Assembly: GCA_976226885.1 (NCBI GenBank)
Contig: OZ320321.1
Span: forward strand, 21,390,001 to 21,454,000
Reading direction: 5' to 3'
Source of the DNA: Iphione sp. A-MEVVRFRX5
Taxonomy: Eukaryota
Length of the DNA: 64,000 bases
Made by a program: the position numbers and the translations under genes. Position 1 is the stretch's first letter; every line of letters begins with the position of its first letter. This document shows positions 12,664 through 25,608 of the stretch, one piece after another. The notes under the pieces are model-generated. The model did no database searches and was not told the origin of the DNA. It saw only the letters and a list, made by a program, of their open reading frames with translations.

Positions 12664-15600
12664 TAAGATTCTCCTCAATGAACCAAGAAGTGGAGGTGGA
12701 CACTCCAGCACTTTAACTCCAAAACACCAACACAGTTCGCTATAGAGAAAAAAAAACTATGGGAAAATTGCATCAAATATAAACACGGGTGATCAAATTT
12801 TGAACATCAGTTTTCAGTTCGGGGAAGTGTATCTCTTGTGCATGAGTGAACCTTGATAGGATCTGACTTTCTGCTGATCGATATAGATGCGGATTTAAGT
12901 AGATCTGCTATAAACCTAGTGTTTATCCTCCTGTTTCCATATAATTATGTGTCTGTATGTATCCACAGGTGTTCTTTTCAGATAAAAATAGTTAACACAA
13001 ACAAGGTATCATCTTGTTCTATCCCAAATGCCATGCTTATGTATGAGGGGAGGGGACAATTTGAATTTACCAGTTTGTTTCAATCCTGATTTTTGTCACT
13101 TAAGGTTTTGTTTTATATTTTTGTGTCATGACCTCTAACTCTTTACATGTGTGCTTTTCATTATTGAAATGTTCTTATTTCAAGTTTCATGTCAGTAAGT
13201 TTCGAACATATTGGTTGCCATTAGGTATACCTTAAATCTGTTATCATCCTACAGCCAGTAGAATTGTGGCAGTCTAGTGTGAGGTGTTGCATATTAATTT
13301 CATCATATTGTAAGGGAACATTACACTTTGATTAGGCTGTATCACGTATCTCATAGATCTATAGATTTTGCTAAATATAGCCATGTAGATATCGAAGATA
13401 TACTCTTACATGTATGACACTTAAAAATTCAAGTGGTACTTAAATGACCATATCTGTACTTTTTTCCAGTGTATTTGGCTTGAATTTTCCCCACATTTCC
13501 CAATCTTAGTGGAAAACCGTTTCCAACAAGATGATTTTGCCATTATTTTTCACTTTTTCCCACTACATGGAACGAAGGGCCTGACGTGATTTTTTTCTTC
13601 TTTGAAAAGGTCGAGCATTAATATTTTAAAGAGACAGATTTTTAACCAAAAGAACGTGTGGGGAATATATATAACCACCTACAAGAGCATCCCTTCGGTC
13701 AAATTGCGAGCGATAATACAGGGAACTGCTCGTAATCACCAGCCTGCACACGAGCTGATTGAAAGGTGTAAAGATCGCATGTTTAAGATCAAAAATGTGA
13801 TAAAAATATGCAAAAGTGCGAAACAACACCAAGAGACAAACAAAAACACATTAGCACCCCAATAGTCGGTGTTGCACCGGAAGTAGAACGATTTACGACC
13901 TTTCCCGCGCACATTAAGGGCAACTTATTGCCGTTAAAAAGGGAGACCATGTACAGAGAAAAAAACCAGCACGGGAACGTGGCGTATTGATTCATTCAAT
14001 CTATCAGGCAAACACCACCCGCAGATTATTTCACACCTCCACCGACCAATAGAGGAGCCGGAGGCGTTGTGGTTATATATAGGAGCTGGGGCTTCATGAA
14101 ACCATTAGACGAGGAGGGGTGGGGGTGGGGGGTAACAGAGAACGGTTGGGGGTATATGATTCCATTTGGGGGGGGGGCGGGGTGTGAGGGTCAAAAAGCA
14201 GTGTTGGGTTTCCATTGAAGAGCAGACAAGGAGGTCTGAGAGGTACCTATTGAGAGGGATGGAACCGTTAACTATGCATTCAAATGTTCTCAATGTTTAT
14301 CAATACACACTGCATAATTTAAAGAGTCATCGTGAATTTCCCTAAGGATAGAGTATCATGCAAAGCACTTTTCGCGGGATACATCAGACATAATTTAATT
14401 ATAATTTTAAGGTATTGGTACTTGAAAATTGGCTCCCAGTAAATTCATTAAAGTGAATTATTCCGAAAGAAACTAATTGAAATGCGTTATTAAACTGACC
14501 TTAAGGAAGAACAAAATTGGAGACAAAATAAGGCCAGTATTTGGTTAAAGGGTTACATTAAATTAATTTTCATTCCTCTCTGTGTTATTTTGAAATCTGT
14601 ACTCCGGTTTGGACCTTGTTACCTCTGATCTGCCCTCATAGTTCCATCAGGGCCATTACGAATATACTCTCACATCATTTCTAAAAGCTCTGTATGTCCT
14701 TCACATCTTATCGTCTTCTTCAGGAGAACGTCTTTCAATTTGAACAGCTCAGTGCATTGTGTACGTATCACCATCATATCAAGTCACGGACTAAATGTAT
14801 CAAGATACTCGCAAAAGTAACCTTTTAATTCATGTTTTAAAAGAACACAAGAAAAGCCAACGAACCTTTGCTGTTGTACGATACTTAAGCTAAGAGTTGA
14901 AGCTAATCACATTATTTGAATATGCCGGGCCCGCGTTAGGACAGGTCAAGGGTCCATAAATAGCAGTCATATTTTATCATGACGACCACTAACACCAGGT
15001 TGCACACGATGTGTAACTAAGAGAGTGGGCCATATGGAAACACTCTCGTAGAGAGACGAGAGGCGGCGAGACTGATGGCGCTGGGTGCAGCTGCCAGTTC
15101 ATAGATCCGATGTTGGCCGGGCCTTTTAGTGGAACATTAAGTGTATAGGCCATTATGCCATATTTGGTCACCGAGGGAAAAGGTGACCTTTATCGTGCAG
15201 GACCTCAAGGAGGATCTGGAGGAAGATCAGAGGAAGATATAATGGAAAGCTGGAGAAAAATGTGCAAAAAGAGATGGGCCAGGTAGAAATTGAAAGAGGA
15301 ACCAGAGAAGGAACGGAATAAATAGAAAAGAAATATAACGTGCTCAGTAAAGACGGAACATGTAGTCAAGCAAAGGACAAGATGTGATAAATAGAAAAGT
15401 TTAAACGTACAAGATTTCAAGCATTGTCATCAAATGATGTATTGCTATATTGGGCTGGGACTATTTATGTTTATATGAAGTAGAACGGTAAATTAAATTT
15501 TGAAATGAACTATTCATCAATTATCAGAGAAAATCTAGGTGCCATGGTTTTTAAATTAAATGACGAATAGAATATATTTATGCAGAAAAATTAGGCTAGT

Positions 15601-16246
15601 AATGTCTACCAGGGGAGTAGGTTCGTTGTGCAATCTTGTAACACCGAAAAAGTCATGGTTTGGGGCAAAATAATTTTCTCTTCAGTTTCCTTTTGTAAAC
15701 ATTGACCCGTCAGAGAAAAAGATAGAAAATGTTAAGGCGCTGGTCTATGGGCGTATGTAGTTTGAAACCCCATACTGCTACAACCTGTCAACAAAGAGAC
15801 AAATTAGGAGCATAAGATGGATCAAAACTATTCGCCCCATAAGTAAAACTAATGCCATACACTACTGGACCATAACAAAGTCACATCATAAGCAAATGAG
15901 AAGGAAAGGATATATGAAGATTATTCGCACCACAAGCAAAACAGTTACCACAACTAAATTGGACCTTAACTAAAACTCAACAATATATAATCAAAACATA
16001 TCTAATCATACTTTACCAAGCCACATCCTTGTAACTGACCCAGTCTGAGTATATATCACCTGGAAAGCCTCACATATTAAAAGAGAGTATGTCTGATATG
16101 TGTAGATTGTTACGTCTGCTGTAAAGTGGCATAGCGAGCTCCATTTTAATTGATTCAAGTCTAAGGTCTGACGTCTCATAAAGAAGTGAACCCTCCGTCT
16201 GCCTGACCATCTAGGGGACCGAGCTTAGGACTGGACAATCTTGGTC

Positions 16247-16797
16247 TGTAGCAAAGTAATGCTTGCATGTGAGATAATGTTATGCCATTTAGTGGGATAA
16301 TGTGGTAGGATAACATTGAGATAAAGTGATTGAGATAAAGTGTCATTTTTAAGATGACATTATCTTCAATGAAACAGATTTTAACTTGACAAATGTAATT
16401 ATTTACACATGTACAAGTATATATATTGCTAAGAATAGCCTTGTATAATATGTAGGAGAAGAAATTAAAATCGTTACTAATGCTCGTATTTCAAGGAAGG
16501 GCTATGTGTCACATTGGGAATTTTTTACGGCCAAGCAATCCCTTTCATCTGAGTAGCTTTAACATCATGTGTCCTGGGAATGTTTGTGAACTTGATGTAA
16601 GACTGTAACGAATTGCCATAGTCCAATCCTCAAAATCGATATACAATACTCGATGTACCACTAATTGACCAAGATTCTTGTCAGTATTAGTACTCAGTAT
16701 TCAGACTTATTTGACCCTTGTCACAGAACCTGCATGCTGTTCCAGAATAAAGACTGAACAAGAACCTGATGGTGTGGTGTAATCATTTATTGTTACA
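16247..16797 (+). mobile_element. solo LTR (551 bp), Gypsy-like
   Basis: Starts TGTAGCAA and ends TTGTTACA (TG...CA with a short imperfect inverted repeat). Flanked by 4-bp direct repeat GGTC (16243-16246, 16798-16801). AATAAA at 16746-16751 near the 3' end. Confidence 0.7.
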
Positions 16798-17836
16798 GGT
16801 CTTTGGTCTTTTAAGTACGTAAGTAAGTAGTTTCTTCACTTCTTCAAGGTGATACACTAAAGGTTCTACGAGTGAGTTCTTAAGTGAGTTTCAACTATAT
16901 AACAATGCTAAGTTGAAGATTCTGGCGGAGGCCATGCTCATTATTAACAGTATCCCCTTGACGACTCATATCAGTTTGTACACAAGAGAGGGATATGGTT
17001 TATTTATAACCGAATGAAGAGAAACCAGAATCTATGTTCCCTCCTTTCATGCTCAGGAGAAAAAAGCATACATGACCTAGGCTACATTGGAGGACAATAT
17101 TCATCCAGAAGTATGGCAGGTGACAGAGAGGAGGCCTGTTTTTACACTGAATATTCTTTTTTTGTTGACACAGCAGGTTGTGATATATTCGGAGGGATAG
17201 TTAAAAATCCAACAATATATGTGTATGTCTATACACACACGTGCACTGTATCATAATGCATTGTGGCTGTCGGTGGTCAAAACAAGTTTTCTAAAAGAGT
17301 ATGTCCTGAGCTGATGATAGTTGACGGGTTGGCCAAAATCAACACGATCTAAATCGGTATCAAGTCTCAGACCATGTGACTATAGCATTGTTGCATGACA
17401 GATTTTACCATCATGTGATACGGATATACCGACAAGAAAGCACACATCAAAACACAATGCGAAATTTCATCATGTGACACAATATACCTCCTGAAATAGC
17501 AGCCGTCGTTACTGTGTACTGCAATGAGCCGCCAGTCGAATCAAATAAAGTTACCGCAGTTAACGGCTCTCTTCCTCCCTTGCCATTTTATAGGCATATT
17601 CTCCTGTTGAGCCTTTTATGAGGAGCTGGTATTGATTACAAGTGACCAAATTTGGACAGTTATCATAGTCACTCCTCTTCTAACAGGGTGTCTTTTCCTT
17701 TTCCTACTCAAAAGTTACGTTCTTTACAGAAACACACACACATACACACTTACACATACTACACGTCATCATATCAGCTTGCACCGACATCAGAGGCAAA
17801 ATGAAGGATGAAGGGAAAGAAAGAAAGAGCACTTTA

Positions 17837-17837
17837 G

Positions 17838-17875
<38 letters not shown>

Positions 17876-17887
17876 GAGAACAGACAG
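17837..17887. repeat. (GA)n/(GACA)n microsatellite
   Basis: Visible run. Confidence 0.95.
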
Positions 17888-18549
17888 CCATAGTCAGTAT
17901 ACTTGTAACTACTACGGATCTGGGCCGGTGCCCAGCAGGGGATCTAGGTATTACTAGACTGTACTATACATTAATGAGTAAAACACATGAATTGTACATA
18001 CTGTTTATGTACAAGCATGGCTGAAAACGAATGACACCTATTGCTTGTAGATGTATTTCTTCATTAACTATCCTATGCATTGCTGTGGTGCAAAAAAAGG
18101 GGTATCTGTGAAGTTCAAAGCAATATACAGCGAACATAACTAAATACAATAAGTGAGTGGCAAGAGAAACATAGCTCCAGTTCAGCAACATAGGCAGTGT
18201 ATTCCATTCCATGGACTGGCAACCTCTCATAAACACGCTGTGTACGCTGTGTACAAGAGTAGCCAAAGAAACACCCTTCCCTATATATGACAGCAGGTAA
18301 AGCAGCATTATGTTTTGACAAGATACTAAGGAATAACATAATCCGGTAAAGGCAAACTCTATTTATTACCAATTCCAACGAATGGCATTTTGAACTTGTT
18401 GCTAGCAAAAGAATACGCATTTTCGAAGTGTACAAACAGATTTTTCACTACCGATCCCAGAATTTTTTAGAACCGCATTTCGGTATAGCCAGGATGAACT
18501 CAAGGCAGCATTTTAGAGGGGCGATTGAATAACATCTCTGTATACTTAC

Positions 18550-18921
18550 CTGTAAATTAGAAATGTAATCAACTTCCTTGACGCAACAGTCTACGTAACA
18601 GACTGCCAAACGCTGCTTGGCCGACTCTGAGGGAAGTCGGCTGCGAAACAAATACACCTGATCATTTCGATAATCCGCAACTGTCTTCTGTAATCTGTAA
18701 AGAGATTGTACAGAAACTATTGAAACGAAGGATCTTTCTAAATTTCTAACAGAATGCCAGCAACACATTTGGGTAAAGAAATGCCTCTTTTGTATTGAAT
18801 ATTTGTCTTTTTTAAAACACATTGCTATGTCTTCAGGTAAAAGTTGTCTATAACATTTTCTCAACGCTTCCGTAATATTTTCAGAGAAGTAAGAATCGAG
18901 AGAGCCAGATATAATTTCAAC
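18550..18921 (-). CDS. candidate 372-nt coding exon (124 aa, phase 0/0), product unknown
   Basis: Stop-free frame in AT-rich DNA, bounded by TTCTAACGAACCTAG| and CAG|GTAAGT. Peptide VEIISGSLDSYFSENITEALRKCY...QMCCWHSVRNLE...EVDYISNLQ has no recognised domain. Confidence 0.3.
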
Positions 18922-19529
18922 CTAGGTTCGTTAGAAGCAACTGCTGTGGACCCTGCCGGAGGAGAACTTTTGTTGCTTAGTAACTAGATCAAGTTAAATC
19001 CCAAATGACAAGAAGTTTTAGGTGATTGAGGGCAACATCGACATCACATGTGAATCAATTTACATCCTTGCATGTGAACATCCACTCCAAAACACTGTAG
19101 GCATGACAACCAGGTGAAAAATAGGGTGAGCATGTACCTAACAACAGGTAATACATCTGCCGTCTAGAAGACGGGGTTTCCCAAAGACCGAAATACAATC
19201 CAGACTTTTTAACACAATCCGACCGTTATGTTCGAGTGTGCCTTGTCGCACTATAGGGTTCAACGTTGATCTGAAACCTCCCCTCTACGTCAGCGATCAC
19301 GACAGTCAGGACACGCACAGAACATGTGCACTAGCTTCCTCCGCATCTCCCTTGTATCGGAACGCGCATATGTATACACTAGTACGTATATACATCGGGC
19401 TGACTCATGCGAGCAGCTCCAGGTATCGAAACGAAGAGAAATCTCAGCCAGGTAGACATACACATCCATTGTACATTTTCAGTTCAGGAACCAGCCAATT
19501 TTCGTCTTGTTAGGACGCATCCTTATTGT

Positions 19530-20362
19530 TTCTCCAAATTCTCCACTCATGTAAAAGTGTATTGGCTCATAGAGAGAAAGCTTAAGTGTTCTTGGGTATG
19601 CACTGAGTAAGTTGAATTCTGAACTCTTCAGGATAACGAACTCCTCCAAAATGGGTCTCTAGTACTGAAGTATCAGAAATTCGGCACACATGTACTGAAC
19701 TCAGGTCCTTCCATGCTGAGGTTGTGAGACCAAGTGCGGTGCATTCGCTATAGATTCGGGGAAGTGTTAGGGGGAGTGTCAGGGGAGGGAGCCATGCTTT
19801 AAGTTAGTTACATACCTCGTATAGGGTTATACTTGCTATTTTCGTACAGAAGGGCTTAATCCCCTTGGCTGCGCCTCGAGGGTGTAATTCCTTCTGTATG
19901 AGTATATCACGTACAACCCTCTACTCAGTATGTAACTATAACGTAGGGAGACCCATGATAAGAATCGCAGGACACAAGCCTCTGTAGTCAAATATATGGA
20001 TAAGGGAGACAAAAAAGAAAGATAAGACGGAGCTCATGGTGAATACATTACACAGAGGCCTGTACTAGCACGGAGGCTTGGCGATACAGGGTCGCTTAAA
20101 ATGTCCGGGGATAGAATATCACTTCTGGTACATAAATAAGTCTGTGAAAACCATACATGAGCGTCGGAGGTGATTCTTTACTTTAAAAATATTCATTTTG
20201 CCAGAAAGGAGGCTCCATTGTTGTTAATGAATTGACCCTTTGCAGATCCGATGAAACATTAATTAAGTGTAAATACGTTGTACGAGTGCTTGATTGACCA
20301 AGGATAACTTTGTGACTACATAAAGAATTGGCTCAATAAAGATTATTCAATTCAATTCAATT
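19530..20362 (+). mobile_element. heavily decayed LINE 3' end (ORF2 C-terminal remnant + UTR + AATAAA + (TTCAA)n tail)
   Basis: AATAAA followed by (TTCAA)3 at ~20335-20362. Upstream broken-frame peptides KVYWLIERKLK, ETKCGAFA and CFKLVTYL* occur in the order expected for an L2-type ORF2 end (LHWLP..R, RT..G.RAF, FK..LKTYL). Confidence 0.42.
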
Positions 20363-20910
20363 ATTTAGTTGTTTTTTTTTGGGGGGGGGGGTCTGAATAT
20401 GTCGCAAAGTAATGCAGCCAGACGGGGCTAACATTCGTTGTCGTTATATATACACACGATCCGAACATTTTATACTCCCTCCGCTTGAAATTTCAGAACA
20501 ACTAAGTGGACAGAAAACCTCTCGGCTTTGCATAAAGAACACAAAAATGGCAGCCATTTCTGGAACAGCGGTGATAGCTTCAATACACTTCTGCTGCACC
20601 TTCAGAACATTTTCCTCATTTGCTCTTCTCCATTCTTCTCCATTCTGACTCTCCTTTTTTGTGTTTTCTTTTGTGTTTACTTGCACTTATCACTGCGTGC
20701 AATATACTCTGTCGTGTTTCTTTTGTTAGCCTGTGCATCTCCCTCATTAATCCAAACATGTTTTTTTCCCAGGAATTCGTGCCCTCTTCTCCACCTCCAC
20801 CTCCTCCTAGGTCTGGCTTTCTTGCAGACTTTCTCTGTCGCTAATGACCACAGACTGTCAGCCCCCTCTTATAGGCCAGATTCTTTCAATATTATGCTCC
20901 GGTTTTCTTA

Positions 20911-20994
20911 CTGCCTGTCTGCCTGCCTGCCTGTCTGTCTGTCTGTCTGCCTACCTCTTTGTCTGTCTGTCTGATTGTCTGTCTATCTGTCTGT
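20911..20994. repeat. (CTGC)n/(CTGT)n microsatellite
   Basis: Visible tetranucleotide run. Confidence 0.9.
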
Positions 20995-21014
20995 ATGTTC
21001 CCATCCGCCTGTAT

Positions 21015-21180
21015 CTACTAGTTCCAAATAGCGAACTGGAAAGCGCTCGGAAATGATTATAGCTATTACGGGACGAAGCCTTCTCCGTAGCTTACATGGT
21101 TATACCATGTCAACATGGGGCTTTAACGATTATTCCAAGACACAGTTCAGGTGATAGATGCCTTCAAAACGTAAAGCGAA
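21015..21180 (+). mobile_element. L2-type LINE ORF2 C-terminal remnant
   Basis: LLVPNSELES, then (with a frameshift) YG/DEAFSVA and IDAFKT, resembling the L2 motif LLVVP..KLKSYGDRAFSVAAP.LWN...FK. Confidence 0.5.
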
Positions 21181-22248
21181 GTAATGGGCGGGTGCTGAGT
21201 CTACATAATACTGTTTCTGATGGAAGTTGGCAAGTTGTAAATGTGTATTGCGAGCAAGCATCGGAAGAAGAGCGCCTCCGATTGCAGATTGAAGGTTATA
21301 GATGTCTGGTAACGTTTTGATAGTTGCTGTTTTCCTGGTATTCTATCAGATAGACTGGAGACATCCCACGCTCCGCCCTCAAGATGAAGGGATTCGCCGG
21401 TAGTTCACGTGAAGCGTGATCTTTTTTTTTGTCATTTTCTACTGAATGTGCAGTGAAGGTGATATCATGCCTATGGAAAAAATGTGTTACGTCCTCTTTT
21501 ATGATAAATTCATGAATGCTTCATTTCATGCAAGAAACTACATGGATTTTTTTTCAGAATCTCTATGGATTTACACTAATTATAAGTTTTCTATTACCAT
21601 GTGTATGGACATATAACCAGTTTTATCAAAGTCACATAGCCTGTAAAAGTATCAACTCTGTGCAGATGTGAAAATCTTTATAGGACTACAGCTTTTCTCC
21701 TTGAAGTAGGAAGGACATATAGGTACCTCCCATGTTTCAGGAGCCCCATTATAATAACGCAAAGTCGTGATTAAAAAAGGGTAGAACATATACTTCACTG
21801 TTTCCATCGGAATATACTTAGTGCAGTATAGCTTCCCTTTCTGCTTCATAGCCTTTCGCTAGATCAGGAGCATTCTACGGATATAGAAGTAAACCTACCC
21901 CGGACAGTGGCTGGGCTAATATAGCCTCACTTAATCATGGCTCATATTCCTTGTACCAACCGTTCAAAGTGCTCGCATATGTCCCAACCGCAAGGCTCTT
22001 AGGCGAGCTCCCCAGCCAGCATCCCCCCGACCTCGTATTGTGGGCTTGTATACAACTGCCTGCAAGGTGAATATGGGAAGGGGAGTGGGGGGGGGCGCAG
22101 TTTTGGTTCGGAGGAGGCGGAGACATCTAAGGAGGATGGGGAAGCAAAGTAAGCTCTTGTGGAAAGCGAGTCGGTCCCTTGTGGTTTTGGGAAGACATTG
22201 GCCAGGGGAGGAGACTGGCGAACATGGGGAGCCGGACTGTAGAGATAA

Positions 22249-23283
22249 CACCTGGTCCCTCATGTCACTGTTCTTAGCAGACTACGTGACATGGGGGCGG
22301 GTCCAAAGGTAAGGAAATTGATCGGGTCTTACCTCACGGAGCGCTCGCAGTTCGTGCGTTGTGCAGGGAAGTGTTCCAATCCGCTCGCTCTTGATCAGGG
22401 TGTACCACAGGGGTCGATTTTCGGCCCCGTGGCCTTCAATTTGGCCATTAACAACGTGGTGGACGTCCTGCCTGGGGCGAGCACTGCGGCGTTATACGCA
22501 GACGACTTGACCATAGTGGTCTATGCGAGAGACCTGCTGCGGCTAAGGGCGACCGCGGTGCAAGCACTAAGTTCCATCTCCAACTGGTGCAAACAAGAAA
22601 ATCTGGTCCTAAGTGAGTCAAAGTGCATCTACTGTCCTGTGGGGAGGGCGCATGGGATTCCCCTCGACCTTGAGCTGAATGGGTCACAGTTGAAACTGGA
22701 GAGGACATGTACCCTCCTAGGATACAAACTAGATGGGAGACTCACTTTCAGGGAAAACTGCAAGGATGTCAAAAGGAAAACTTGGGGGGTGGCCCTAAGG
22801 ATAGGGAGAACCAAGGACTTCCTACCACTAGGGGCCAGACTACTCCTCTTCAAAGCCATGGTGGCCACACACTTTCACTACAACAGTGTATTATGGTTTG
22901 GCCTACCGGGTGCGCTAATTGTAGACATGCAAGTGCATCTAAATAGATGCGCACGCATTTGTCTGCAAGGAAGAATTCACCTCTCGGCTGCAAAACTAGA
23001 GAGGCAATTTGGAATCATGCGAATCTGCAAACTAGTGCAGTTAAAGGGAATCTGCGCTATTCACAAGCAGATTACTCTGGGAGTAATCCCTCTGGAGGAT
23101 GCCTCAAGAACACGCTTGGGAGCCGGCCAACGAGGACAGGTGATGAGGCCCAAGAGTACCAAGTACGCAAAGTCGCTGAGGTACATGGGGGTGCGGTGTT
23201 GGAATGAAATCCCTGACAATTGGAAAAGAATAAAACGCCTCACCATAAAAAGCCTCATGCACCTGGACCTAGACCTAGACTAG
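22249..23283 (+). CDS. LINE ORF2 fragment (reverse transcriptase, C-terminal ~344 aa, no internal stops; not a full-length protein)
   Basis: Motifs GSYLTERSQFV, GVPQGSIFGPVAFNLAIN, catalytic LYADD, LLGYKLDGRLTF and C-terminal KSLRYMGVRCWNEIP are typical of CR1/L2-group RTs. Confidence 0.93.
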   Translation, partial: HLVPHVTVLSRLRDMGAGPKVRKLIGSYLTERSQFVRCAGKCSNPLALDQGVPQGSIFGPVAFNLAINNVVDVLPGASTAALYADDLTIVVYARDLLRLRATAVQALSSISNWCKQENLVLSESKCIYCPVGRAHGIPLDLELNGSQLKLERTCTLLGYKLDGRLTFRENCKDVKRKTWGVALRIGRTKDFLPLGARLLLFKAMVATHFHYNSVLWFGLPGALIVDMQVHLNRCARICLQGRIHLSAAKLERQFGIMRICKLVQLKGICAIHKQITLGVIPLEDASRTRLGAGQRGQVMRPKSTKYAKSLRYMGVRCWNEIPDNWKRIKRLTIKSLMHLDLDLD

Positions 23284-23979
23284 CCAGGAGTAAGGCCTGG
23301 CTAACATCTGGGTGCGTGTCAGGATGACTGACATGGGTCGATCTCCAATGCCAGAGTACACTATTTACCCATTTTAACCCATATTATATGGGCAACGAAA
23401 ATGGAGTCTCTTAGGATGGGGTGTAGGAAGTGGGAGGGAGGGTAGGGTACTGACGTAATACGATGTGGGTTTTTTATCAAGTTTAATGTGGACGTTAGAT
23501 CAGTATAAGGAGTAATAAAGGAGAAATTAACGAGATAGACTCAACAATCAAAGTAAGTTGGTGACAATGCATGAAGATGAGTTCTTGAAATTATGCAGGG
23601 ATACAACACCTCACGAAGCGTTCACTCAGTAAATAGAAGCTAAATGATTTGAAGTTGTGCAAACTCTAAGTGATAACTGATGTAACTTTGATATACCTCA
23701 GATAATTATATATGATGTGTTATTACCTTGATGTGTGCACTGATGACTCTGTCTGATGACTTTGTCCGGATAAGCTATATGAGGCAACCCCTGTATTGAT
23801 CACATACGTTTAACCATACTGACTGTATTGTCATACTATGAATCTTGTACTGCGCTTGTAATGACCTGTACCTAAAAGCACACTTACTATAATATGTTAT
23901 GCACCTGTTTCCTACTTCAACACTGATAGCTCTGTAGTACTGCGGAGATGTTGAATAAAAGAATCAATCAATCAATCAA
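22249..23979 (+). mobile_element. 5'-truncated non-LTR retrotransposon (CR1/L2 group, L2/Crack-like): ORF2 RT + C-terminal region + ~0.7 kb 3' UTR + (AATC)n tail
   Basis: RT ORF described below. 3' hairpin at 23930-23947, AATAAA at 23954-23959, (AATC)4 at 23962-23977. The frame begins just after a TAA (22246-22248) at LVPHVTVLSRLRDMG, where LINE RTs have the AFDxVxH motif, indicating truncation inside the RT domain. Confidence 0.9.
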
Positions 23980-25421
23980 ACACATTATGAGTTACCTGGC
24001 AAAAAGGTCGAAAGCTTGGAGACCGTGGACAAAGCAGGGGAAACAGGCTCTGAAACAATGCTGGAGCCTACTGGGGGCCTGATCCTGACGAAAACGTCGA
24101 GTCATGTATGTAGGAAAAGTGCTCAATTAGGAGGAAGTCATCGAGGCCTTGCTTCAGGGCGAAAGGATACGTGGAAACAAGAAGATACTGGGTAAGTGGG
24201 TCACCGAAATAGGTCACAGGTTGGGGGGAAATATTAATCATCAAAGACGGCATGATGAATGTAAATGAGATAAAAATGCATCATGAAATCGACAGTGTGC
24301 AAGAACTACATACATGTACCTGGGCCGCGGGTTCCCCATGCGAGAGGAAGAGTTGAGCCATACCATAGCAAAACATAGCAGCTATGACAACTCACTCGTG
24401 ATCTTACCCCAACATCAACTCATACATTCAGGCCCGACATCATTTGTATATCATCGTGTACAGATCTCAGTTGATATCACTGATGGGGGGCTCACATGTA
24501 ATTTTGCTCTGGTTTAATGCTGGCCAAGATTAGGTAGCATGAAACAATGACGGTGAGAACTTATTGTGAAGAGAGCTGGCAATGGTGCCCGTTTCTTAAG
24601 ACATAATTCAATCAGGAGGCTTTGTGACATAGCCAACTCATGCTAACTTGCTCTCTAACCGACTCACTCCATAATTCACCAAAGGTTCTTAATCAATTTT
24701 TTGTATCCTAGTTGTTAATTCAATGTACACTATTTACAGTATACTACAGTGTTATGACGTCATGGTTGATGACAGAATATACATACATATGTATGAGTTT
24801 GATAGTGAAAATGACGAGACACGTGTGACATCAGGTGGGATTGGATGACACTCTTACTGACCATGTACCGTATATTGTGTTCAAACCGAGTCTTACCTGT
24901 TAGAACCATTGGCAAGTGGTACTTGTTATATCTCAGACGACGCCTGAGGTTAGTTACTGCTCATGTCATGCCTGTTATTAACATTTATCATGATTGGTAT
25001 GTTAGCACCAGAGGTTCATCAATGATTTGTCAGACATATAGCAGACATATTAGCATTTCCCGAGAAAATGAAGTAGTACTAGGCTGCTAAAACCTCGTCA
25101 GATTTGGCAACATGGTGAGCTGGTCAAGGCGCAAATTGAAGTTTTGCCAGGTAGGAAATGAATACCGGCGTCGGATGAAGTGATCGTTTTCAGGTTTCCT
25201 CAGTTCTTAGAACTACCAACTATGCTGGCATTACAACTTGGACCGTAAAAAGCTATGTAGATTCCTCCTGTCCATTTCGGCCTCTCAGCGAAGGGCCAAT
25301 CGGCAGTGCTCAAGTGGGCTCTCGGGAAAAAGGTAACTGCACCTGCTGGAGGGTAGTCTGAGCAGAATACAACAGGATGGCCGCTAGGAGGCAGTGAACA
25401 AGTTCAAGTTGACCTAGAGGC

Positions 25422-25608
25422 AGAGAGACAGCGGGAGAAAGAGAGAGAGATGAAGAGAGAAAAAGAGAGAGAGAAAGAGAAAGAGAGAGAGTGGAAGAGA
25501 AGGAGAGGGATATAGATAGGGAGAGAGAGAAGAGAGATAGGAGAGTGAAGAGAAAGAGAGAAAGAGAGAGACAGAGAGAGAGAGAGTAGAGAAATCGGAT
25601 AGAGAGAG
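25422..25608. repeat. degenerate (GA)n polypurine tract
   Basis: About 190 bp of almost pure purine sequence. Confidence 0.9.

Noticed and set aside
17014-17160. ETRIYVPSFHAQEKKAYM, a possible third Sola-like scrap
   Set aside because: One short motif only.
22040-22312. Track ORF upstream of the RT as a possible ORF1 or 5' part of the LINE
   Set aside because: The RT frame is closed by TAA at 22246-22248 mid-domain, and the upstream peptide has no ORF1 or endonuclease features.
14724-24191. Small plus-strand exon candidates 14724-14760 (ENVFQFEQLSAL) and 24131-24191 (EEVIEALLQGERIRGNKKIL); similar ones near 26589, 50801 and 52891
   Set aside because: Splice-like sites of this quality are expected by chance in 64 kb, and chaining them gave no recognisable protein.
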